DNA from: Lobosporangium transversale
Taxonomy: Eukaryota
DNA length: 64,000 nt
NCBI RefSeq assembly: GCF_002105155.1
Contig: NW_019028997.1
Span: 558,001 to 622,000, forward strand
Direction of reading: 5' to 3'
In this document: one piece after another, positions 54,173 through 64,000 of the stretch
How the letters are laid out: each line of letters opens with the position of its first letter
Position numbering within the stretch: the stretch's first letter is position 1
Program-made: the position numbers and the translations under genes
Notes under the pieces: generated by a model
Seen by the model: the letters and a program-made list of their open reading frames with translations, nothing else
Told to the model about the DNA's origin: nothing
Database searches by the model: none

Positions 54173-56659
54173 CTATTCAAATACTATTGTGATGGTCGCC
54201 TCTAGTAGTGCAAGAGCTCCTTCCTTTCCAATTGGGTTCCTCCACAAATCCAAGGCAGTCAAAGCTATATTAGTCTTGAGTGCCATTGACAATGCAAGGG
54301 CTCCTTCATTCCCAATTGAGTTGTCGGACAAGTCCAAACCAGTTAAGGTTGTGTTAATCTTGAGAGCCTCTGACAGTGCAAGAGCTCCTTCATTCCCAAT
54401 TGAGTTGTATCCCAGTTTCAAGGTAGTCAAAGTAGTGTTAGTCGCGAGCGTCTCTGACAGTGCAAGAACTCCTTCTTTCCCAATTGAATTGTTTCCCAGG
54501 CCTAGAGCGGTCAAAGTAGTGTTAACCTTGAGTGCCTCTGACAGTGCAAGGGCTCCTCCATTCCCAATTGAGTTGTAATGCAGGTTCAAGAAGGTCAAAG
54601 TGACGTTAGTCTTGAGCGCTTCTGACAGTGAATGAGCTCCTTCTTCCCCGATTGCATTGCTGGACAAGTGTAAAATAGTCAAAGTGGTGTTAGTCATGAG
54701 TGCCTCAGATAGTGCAAAAGCTCCTTCTTTTCCCATTGAGTTGCTGGACAAGTTTAAGGTAGTCAAATTAGTGTTAGACTTGAGCGCCTCTGACAGTGCA
54801 AGAGCTCCTTCATTCCCAATCGAGCTGTTCCTCATGTCCAAAGTGGTTAAAACCGTGTCGGTCTTGAGCGCATTTACAAGTACTCGAAGTTCACTAGGTT
54901 CAATCCTCCGAGATCTCAGCTCAATTGATAACTTGTGAAGGTTTGGTGATCTTTCGAGTCTTAGGGTGGAGAACTCGATAGATTTTGGGGGTAGGATAAT
55001 ATGAACCGCCCCCAAGATGGGAAGCCCTATGATACGAGAAAGTATTTGATATCGCGTAGATGACGAAAAAAACTTCCAGATATTACTTTCTTGAAACTCT
55101 CCGAGTTCAAGCTGAAGGATCGATATACTTGACCCTCTAAGTACTTCTCTTAATGCTTCAAGATCAGCTGTAGTCCAATTCCATCTGAATGTAATATCCA
55201 ACTCGTAAATTCGCTCTACATTCGCCAGCGCATCATAGAATTCTTTAGCTGCGGTTCTGGATTTTAACGTGATAGTTACTTTGCCAATCTGCAAGTCATA
55301 TTCACCGCCGCCATTCAACTCCATTGCTTTCTCAAACGCTATCTGTTCTTCGTCTCTATACATCGAAAGATAGTGATCAAAACAAACCCACTTGGCATGC
55401 CCTGTTTCCGATGTGACTCTGTACAAGCTGCCAAGTTTATTTTCTCCATTCTTGGTTTGAAGAAATGTACCCAGTTGCCGAAGATCTGCCCCTTCAAGTT
55501 CAAGGGCCACATAGTCATCAACTGCGTTGATGTTCTTCAAGGCCGAATACTCATTTGCGAGCGCTTTCATATAGTCGAGCGAATAATTGATACCAGCATC
55601 GAGATATGAGGTTGGCATCAGAGAAGCCGTCATGGGCATTTCCAACTTGAGCCACTGTAAAAGGATGACCATGTATTTCCCATACTTGCGGAAGAACTCT
55701 ATACTGCTTCGAACTCCATATCCATAATGTTGAGTAATGTGAATTTGGCTCTGATTTCTATCGCTTGCTGATGCGGTATGATCTCCACACTCGCAAAGGA
55801 AATGAAGGCGAAACTTTTTCCCCAAGACATTTCTTGGGTCCCACTTGTCAGTATCGTCAGGCAAGATTATAAAGAGTCGAGGGACTGGGTGCTCGTGTAG
55901 TTCAAAGTTCTGAGCGAGGGCGGCGCTGACGTGCTTTTGAAGGATGGCGCATCTATAGGGGGATTGATATTGCAGTTTAAGCATCTCATCGTCCTTCTTT
56001 TTGGTCTCCTGTTGCAGCTTAAGCATTTCAAATTGCACTTTAAGCATCTCCGATTGTAGTTGAAGCATTTGCTGCAGTCCAGATGTTCCGTCGCCCTGCT
56101 TATCGATCTTTTGCGGTAACTCTATACTCTTTTCGGAGTTAAATATCTCGGTTTGTCCAATGTTGTGAGGAGTGAGGGATGACTCGAAAGATGGAGGAGC
56201 CGTGTTTGATAATGATAAAGGAAGATCTTGGGATGTTAGGTTGGTCGACTTCTCCAAGAAAGGTAAAGTGAGGACAATGTTACTGTTACTGTTACTGTAC
56301 TGGGGTACTCCCGTAATGACGTCCAGGACCTTGTCAGGATAGAAAGCAATCCGTGGAGGCTCGATTCTAATGGGGCAGAAAAATAAATTAATTTGTTCCT
56401 GAGTTGATGTTAGGCACATTCGAAGTCATGATAGGACAAACAAACGCTCTCACCTGTTGCCATCACGGTCTTGGAGGAACAGGATGGGATGTCCATCCAA
56501 CTTGAATCGCTGTGCATCTGGAAACACATCCTGAATGTCTTGCAAACACACATAGTATGACGAGTCGCCATTTCTTGCAGAGATGGAAGCAATCCTGACA
56601 CCAACTTCTTCAATGATGTCGCTGTCAGCTTTTCGGAATCGTTGGTATTGTTGAGTCAT
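54173..56659 (-). CDS. LRR family paralog 5 (intact), about 8 LRRs
   Basis: ATG 56659, intron 56453-56367, exon 2 56366-54173 open. Confidence 0.9.
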
Positions 56660-56975
56660 CTTGGAGATTATTTGATAAAGGATGATGAAAAGGATGAAGA
56701 AGATGAAAAGATTCATCCATTTTATACATTGAGCATGGAATGCATTTTTTTTTTTGAATTCCATTTCGCCCGAGTTTGCAAGGGTCTCTTATCCCTTCGT
56801 CTGTTTCCAGAACAAATTTGTTCCAGATTTTTATGGGCACTAAATGCACGTAACGCCATATGATAAATGTCAGTAAAAGAGGTTGGAATCGAGATGTTTA
56901 TTCTTCATTTATTACTTTATCTTGCGTTTTTTTGTGAGGGAGGGTGAGCATAGGCGGTTGGTGTGATATTGAGGG

Positions 56976-58213
56976 CTAAAGGTCTTTGATATCATGATAT
57001 TCAAGAAAACAATTTCTGGAGGAGAATAGGCAGAGAGGGACATTACACTTCACACATTTCCACGGCGCTGGAGTCTTGGCTTTGTAATTAGAATCCTTTA
57101 GTATATTTGTCTTGTAGCGGCAGAGAACGCAATTCGGCCTGCCTTCAATACTAACCGGGAGATGGGCCCCTGGAGACAAACGAATGAAAAGGGAGTGAAT
57201 CTACGAACTTACTCAACTTTTTCATCAATGACTTCTACGTCGTTCTCTTGGATTCTTGTCAGGGCCTGGTGAACAATAGAGAAAGACAATTCGTCGTTCT
57301 CTGCATGTGTGGTTCTATTGGGTTCTTTAGTATGTTCGAATTTATCAAAAGACAAAAGGAACAATGGAATGAAGGCATCAGGGTAACCATATCATGCGTA
57401 ATGCTCGGCACGAACCCCCATCCGATGTAAAATTGGTCTGTGGATAGATTTCGCTTGGGAGAATAGGGATGGTTCTCATAGCCAGTTATTGTGGAAAACT
57501 TCTTTATTTGAAAATCGAGGAATCCTTCAGGAAGTGCCTTTTCGCTTGACTCTTACAAACTCGTTGCAGTAACAGATGCTAGCCTTGCATGGGTCCACTT
57601 GGTTGTGATTCCATCCTTTGTCTAAAAGTGACTTGATCTTTGTTGGAAATGGAGAATGCTCTTGCATGAAGGTAAATTTAATGTTTATGACCTGAGATTG
57701 ATACTCTGATCAAGCAGAGCAGTTTATTGACATGATTAATATTGAATCCAAGAGCACGCCTAGAGCTATAGATATGAATAGCATAGCATAACGATATCAA
57801 TGCACTACCACTATTTTCTCTTGGAGGATCTTTAGAGGCTTGGAATCTAAGCTTTGGCGCTTTTCTCATCTTGATCATGTTTGAGCTCATTGACAATGTT
57901 ATTGTCTTTGTCCCTGGCAGAACAGAGACAATCGGAAAGAACTATTGTTCAACTGTTCATTTTTGCTTCCATAAATCTTGCTGTTTCCCATGAACGATAT
58001 GGATAAGTTCAAGAATGCATGATATTCTCCTCAAAAGATGAACATTACATGTCTTGGTATTGTTTTCCTGGAGTAAATTACAGAGCTATTCGTCTTTCTC
58101 TCAGATGGTACCTTGGAACGTTGCAATGATTGAACGGTGCCGATATTGAGGTATTTAAAAAAGCATCTCCTTAGGCGGCTGCTTCCAGCACCAATGTGCG
58201 AAGCATCCATCAT
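56976..58213 (-). mobile_element. Decayed piggyBac-like (PGBD) transposase
   Basis: The terminal fragment RPNCVLCRYK..WKCVKCNVPLCLFSSRNCFLEYH is a typical piggyBac C-terminal cysteine-rich domain. Upstream broken fragments FFKYLNIGTV and DNNIV resemble DDD-core motifs. Termini not resolved. Confidence 0.7.
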
Positions 58214-58614
58214 TAGACCTCTCCCTCAATCTATCTCCAAAAGTCTGATCTTACTGAACATTGCTCACTTGACCTTCTGTCCCGCAGGCTAGGAAAGAGA
58301 AAACTAAACAGTCTACTGCTAAACATTTAGTCCAGTTTACCTGCCTGCAATGCTACGGGGTTCGCTAATATCTCAAACCCCCGTCTGTATTAAAGCTTGT
58401 CTCTCTTTGTTCGCTTGTCTTGAGTAAAAAAAAAAAAAAAAAAAGACGAGATTGAATATGCTTACCTGATAGAGGACATTGCGTAATGATATACGAAGTA
58501 TCGTTTGCGAATGCAGCGTGGAAAGAAAGGCTTACTCTTAGGTCAAGAGATCCCTTTATCTAAATGATAGTTTCGAGTGTGATGACTGATTTATTTTCCA
58601 TTACCATTCAAGGG

Positions 58615-58845
58615 TTAGGATGCGCGTGCAGAGGGGTAGGTTGATCCGCAACAACAACAATAACAACAACAGCAACAGCATCGTTGAAGTCAAAAGTCTT
58701 TTTTTTTATTCCTTTTCTTTTTGCTTTGATTTCATCCTTGAGATCAGGCACATTAGTATGTGCCTCTACCATGGCTTTGAAACGCACTAGAAATGGGTCA
58801 TTTGAATTACAAAGCAAAAAAAGCTTCAGTTGTTGTCAACCATTG
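58615..58845 (-). pseudogene. Crinkler-like N-terminal domain relic
   Basis: With frameshifts the minus strand reads MVDN..LKLF.CFV..FKAMVEAHTNVPDLKDEIKAKRK..FDFNDAVA..ADQPT, following the CRN N-terminal consensus (LFCLV..F.V..V.DLK..IK.K..F.DV.AD.LTLW). Confidence 0.6.
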
Positions 58846-59585
58846 TTTTTTTTTTTTTCTGTTGTTAAGAGAACAGTGTTGATGTTACTGAACGTAGCTG
58901 GATATCAGAAGCGAAAGGAAAAGACAAGGAAACAGGGATAAGGGCGTTGAAAGCAAATAGTCGGTGAATGTTTGAGTGAACTATAGACTACGAGCATACT
59001 GGCATACTGGTGGATGCGCTGTGCTTTAAGCGCCACCAAATAATTGGTGGCGACTGCAATTATGCACAGCACATTTAATAGGGAGCAAAGCTGTAAATAT
59101 ATACATGCATGCAGTGCTACGCGTTCCTTTGGGTTCAAACAGTCACACAATTAATAAAACTGACACAATTTGTTGATAAGGATGTCGAATGGTGACGGCA
59201 AGGGGGAATGTGGTGCATTTAAGGCTGATTATTAGAAGTCACCCTAGGTTAATGATAATGAAAGCGGATAAGCTATTTATAGCATTCATAATGCGACCTT
59301 GGCACCCAGTAGTACTTTTTTTTGTTTGTTTGTTTGTTTGAACAAAACAAACAAAAGAGAACGTAGGGCTACGGGGGCTAAAAGGATAGCGGCTAATTTA
59401 TTTGGATGCTATGCTGTATATGGTATGATATATGCCTTTTTTTTTATTGCAAGAGAGGTATTATATTCATTTGAAGGGAAGAGGAGTGACAACCATTGTA
59501 TATATATATAATATAAATGAATCTATATAGGGTTATAGGATTATGGATGATTTCTAAGTCTTTGTTGTATATATTTTATATAGTT

Positions 59586-61062
59586 TTAGATGGTGAACAG
59601 GCTTGACAGTAAGATTACTGATCCTGCGACCAATACAGCCTGGGTCTTTGGAAGGGCTGCAGGGTTGATGATGAGCCCATTCGCATTGTTAGGGTGGCTA
59701 TTCCTATTGTTTGCAGAAGTTTCATTGCCACTGCTTCCACTCAATTTGAAAGTGCCTGCGCCTTCCCTATAGGGCTTGCCATCATTCAAACACTGAGCAA
59801 TTGGTTGCATCACAAGGCTCTTGGTCTCATAAGCAACAGGCAACACACCGTTCAGGGCAACGTCCACCTCTTGAGCGAATAGATCGTGTTGCAAAACAAT
59901 GAACCCAGTACTGAGAGATGGGATCTTGGTGAGCCAAGTTTTGAAGGTATCGACAACGGATTGAGGTGTAGCAGTGCCACCAGGGATGTTCCAGTCGTTT
60001 GTATCAAATCCCTGTGTCCAGATAGAGGTCTTCAGTCCAAGCTGAGTAGCAATATTGCGAACACGAGCATCAATATCGCCTAAAAATAAAAAAATAAAAT
60101 AAAAAAAAGAAGCATAGGAATGTGTTAGGGTTGCAACTAATCCGCTTTGAAATAAACATTAAGACTATTGACAAAGCCAACCCCCATTATGAATTACCGA
60201 AGGGAGGACGCCAGTAAAGAGGAGTGACACCGATGACATCAAAGATTGCCTTCTCCGTCCACTTGAGTTCAGCAACGATCTGCTCATTGGTCAGGCTGGT
60301 CATGGAGTGGTGAGACCAGGTGTGGATGGCAATGTGGTGTCCCTCATCATAAGCACGCTTCAAAGTGGCGGGGTAGCTGATAGCACGAGAACCGACGATG
60401 AACAGTGTGGCTTTCTGGTTGTGAGCAAGGAGGTTATCGTAAAGACGAGGTGAATCAGGCGAAGGACCGTCTGGAGTTGAAAATAAAAGTAAAAATAAAC
60501 AGTCATACGTTAGGTAATTGTGCCGGTTTAATTGTTAAACAAAGGCTTTTTTAACAATGTCAAATACTTCAAACTGCCAATGTACTCCTTTGAGGGAAAT
60601 GAGGCGAGGAACAATAAAAATAAAGAAAAATAGTAATAATAATAATTGTATGTAAATAAAGCCATTCTTATTCTTACCATCGTAGGTCAAGCCCCAGGTA
60701 CCTGGAGTAGGGCATGTGGTGATGTCGTCGGAGGCTTCACACTTTTGACAAGTCCACCAACATTGTTCCTTTGGAAGACTGGAGGTGGGGTTAGGACAAA
60801 CACCTTCATTAGAGGGAGGGAAGACAGGGGCCTTTGAGAGATCGACCAGCTTTAACCACTCCTGGACTTGTGGATCCTGTGTGAAGGGAACGCAATCAAT
60901 GGTTGGGTATTTTCCCTTTTCAACAGGGGTGTATTGTTGAGGGCAAGTAGGGCCAGCTCTCTTGTCTAGATGAGTATGACCATGGGAATGAGCAGAGACA
61001 AGGGAGAGGGAAGAGGAAAGGGAGAGGATTGCAGCTGCAACTGTGAAGCTGATCTTGACCAT
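59586..61062 (-). CDS. Chitin deacetylase (CE4), secreted, probably GPI-anchored
   Basis: Exons 61062-60678, 60470-60198 and 60079-59586. Signal peptide, CWWTC..C..WGLTYDDGPS, HTWSH, RPPFGDID, DTNDW, GFIVLQHD all intact; hydrophobic C-terminus. Confidence 0.95.
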
Positions 61063-62299
61063 AATTGCTGATGATATGATATGATATATGATATGAAAGA
61101 AAAAAAAAATAAAAAATAAAAAATAAAAAAGTTCAGGGATGGGTAGGACTGAAGAGTGTGGGAAAGAGGAGGAAGAAGTGAATGAAAAAAAGATATTTTT
61201 AAGAGGAATGTCTAGTAAAGAGATGAAAGAAGATATAAAGATAAAGAAGATGAAGATGAAGGGGCCACTTTTTATATACGAATCAAAGGTGCAAAGGAAT
61301 GACCGTTGGGGAAGCAGTGACGAAAGATTCGATCCGATCCAATGCAAAATACAGATACGATATCCATGTAAACATCGACATAAACATAAACATATAAACA
61401 TAGACATAAACAATTACAAATGATGCTAAATTACAAAGAATGATTTCAGGACAGGTGTCCCCCCCTGACAATGCAGAGCTATTGTTACATGTCTGTTACT
61501 TCCTCATTGTCTTTAGTGTGTTTGTCGATATTATTTTTAAACCGTTAGACTTGGATCGCCCCTTTGCTTAGTCTCCATTTGGATGACAAAATACAACTTT
61601 TACTGTCATTCTTTGCCATGAATGGTGTCTAGTCTGGCCAAGTGGACAGGGTGCACCATTACGGAGTTGTAATTTAGTTAAATGTGCCATATTTTATTTT
61701 ACATGTACATGTACATGTATACACACATATACATATTATATATATACATGTTATATTACATTTATATTATTACTGCATCTTTATATGTTATATCTGTACA
61801 GTCTACTAGACTACTACATGTACGCCATGTAGAAGGAAAAGCCAGATGTTATAAATATATATACCAACAACTCGTCTTCGTGAATGAATAAAGTGTCCAT
61901 GTACGCACAGACATGCTAAAAAAGTTTTTTCCCCGTCTGCATCCCTGTCTACTCCATCTCTTCCTTACTCTGTACACATGCTCTGTTCTGGGGGAGAAGA
62001 AACATCCACTGCCAACTACACTCATGTAAAAAGGTACATTGGTATAAAAAATATCATTACAGAAAAGCATACATCCACTTTTATACATTTCATACAGGAG
62101 ACATGTACATTGTACGGCTCTACCTGTAACAACGCACATAAACAGTAGTAGAACCCATTGTTAAAGTGGTCCCTATTCCATATATTATTATTCCTCGGTC
62201 GAATGACAATTCATGCATAGCAAAGTGGCGATGCTGGAATCGAGAAATGGGCACATCTTTTCATCTTTTCATCATCCATCGAATAATCACCACCAAAAA

Positions 62300-63480
62300 C
62301 GACACTACATCTGTACTAACAGTTCTGAATGGCTGGCAACAACATCATTGGAAAAGTTTATGTCAGAACCGCCTCTGCCTCTGTAAGCAACGGTAACTCG
62401 TCATACAATGTCAATCCGAGAGACATTCGACACATGTTTCCAGATGCAATGCGCTTCAAGCTGGATGGACGTCCCATCTCATTTCTCAAAGACTCTGATG
62501 CCTCTGAAAAAAAAAAAAGAAAAGAAAAAAAAAAAAGAGTCTGCGCATGGCATTCTATCCTAACGAGATCCTGGACGTCATTACAGGAGTACGCAGCTCA
62601 GCAACAGCAATGTTGCCATCAGTATGTCTTGCTTGAGGGAGTCAGTAAACCCGGCCTCGCAGGATCTTCCTTTAGTATCATCAAATACGACTACTCCATC
62701 TTTCAATTCTTCCCTCACTACCCCCAATAATGGACAAACCGAGATGATCAACACTAGTCTTGGAAAGGGTATAGAGCTATTGCTAGAGGTCAAAGACTAG
62801 AGCGACGAAAGCCTCAAATTATAATTAGATGCCGAGGTGAAAGACTACCAAATGCTTAAACTGCAATCGGAGGTACTTAGGCTACAGCAGGAGAGTAGGA
62901 CGAAGAATAATGAAATACTTAAACTGCAACGTCAAGCCCTCGACAGACTTGACATCCTTCAGAAACATGTTAACGTTATTCGCATCCAGAACTTTGAGCA
63001 AAACGAGTATTCAATCCCTTGACTCTTAAAAATCTTGCCTGTTGATACAGCCAAGTAGAATTAGAACAAGAGGCGTTTGGAAATGCGGTGAAATTGAATG
63101 GCAACACATATGACTTTGTAAATTAACCATCACATTGGAATCCAGAATTACAGCCCAACAACTCTTTGATACGTTGACCAACGCGAGACGTCTTTACGGG
63201 TTGGACAGCACATTCAATTGGAATTAGGCCAAAGCTGATTTTGAAGCGTTTGAGAAAGTACTAAGGAAGTCAAATGCATCAATCCTTTGACTTGAACTTG
63301 GGGGCTTCCAAGGAAGTACTGGAGCTTCATTATATTGAAGCTACTGGAATTTGAATACTTGTAAATTCACTCAAGGCCCAACCTAGCCTTGACCTGCTTG
63401 GATTTGAACGACAAAATAATTGGAGATGAAGAAACTCTTATACTGTCAGAGGCACTCAAGACTAACAGCACTCTGGCCCT
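62300..63480 (+). pseudogene. LRR family paralog 6 (heavily decayed)
   Basis: Fragments VYVRTASASVSNGNSSY..DIRHMFPDAMRFKLDGRPISFLKDSD, AFYPNEILDVITG, QALDRLDILQKHVNVIRIQNFE and a single LRR remnant (IGDEETLILSEALKTN), with many stops and deletions. Confidence 0.88.
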
Positions 63481-64000
63481 TGTAAAACAGTCTAATGAAA
63501 GTAAGTGTATATGAACTAATTTTGAGGCTTTCCCAGATACAATTGACTGGTTTGAAGTTGGAAATAGTATTTGTATAGCGAATAAATATAGTTTAGTTTC
63601 AATAAATAATGATCCGCAGCCAAGCGCTCATTGCGAGGTTGCATTTTGATCCATTTTCTTCAATCCTTAAACTCAATTCTTCTTCCCGCTCTCTTATATA
63701 CCATCCTTACTATCCGTATATGCTCCCCTAATCATCTACAGCAATGCCTTCCATATGTTTTCACAAATGAGTTAGCCTTCCTTTGTCGCGTTTCCAAGCA
63801 TTCTCCAAATGTTTCCCCGACTGAATAGATCTTAGCCTGAAAATTTACTTGTCCAAGTCGCTCTTTATGTGCGGCTCTTCCAAATGAGTTTTGCATGATC
63901 CTCTCCCCCTGAAAGAATATTTCATGGTAAGCTATATAGCTCCATTAACAAGTCTCTCCTGCTCGCCTTGATTGAACAACAAAGAAAAAATAAAAAGGCA

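Overview
Eukaryotic, intron-containing fungal DNA with very long A/T homopolymers. The gene content suggests Mucoromycota, probably Mortierellaceae; this is inference. Bases 1-16.7 kb are a housekeeping block: a Crz1-like C2H2 transcription factor, a secreted CE4/NodB-fold protein with degenerate catalytic motifs, methylenetetrahydrofolate reductase, and an FHIT/Hnt2-type HIT hydrolase that needs 5-nt and 13-nt micro-exons. From about 17 kb to 64 kb the window is a dynamic accessory region. It holds six paralogs of one two-exon gene family: a short N-terminal domain, a coiled coil, a conserved PRLF..FLCECGEH..KWVC.DHY domain, and 8-23 ribonuclease-inhibitor-like 28-aa LRRs with no NACHT/NB-ARC P-loop. 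Three copies are intact, one is split by a single TAA and two are decayed. They differ in LRR number, vary at the predicted LRR binding face and show gene conversion, as immune receptors do. Five of the six are followed by a sense-oriented degenerate piece of the same 28S rRNA segment. A longer 28S 3'-end relic (23.5-24.0 kb) is followed directly by an intact orphan 514-aa zinc-finger ORF and a perfect 27-bp x26 minisatellite, and an internally deleted copy of this cassette recurs at 36.3-37.0 kb. The region also has Crinkler N-terminal relics, a decayed piggyBac-like transposase, local duplications and an intact chitin deacetylase (59.6-61.1 kb). All homology calls are from reading the sequence and recalled motifs; no searches were run.
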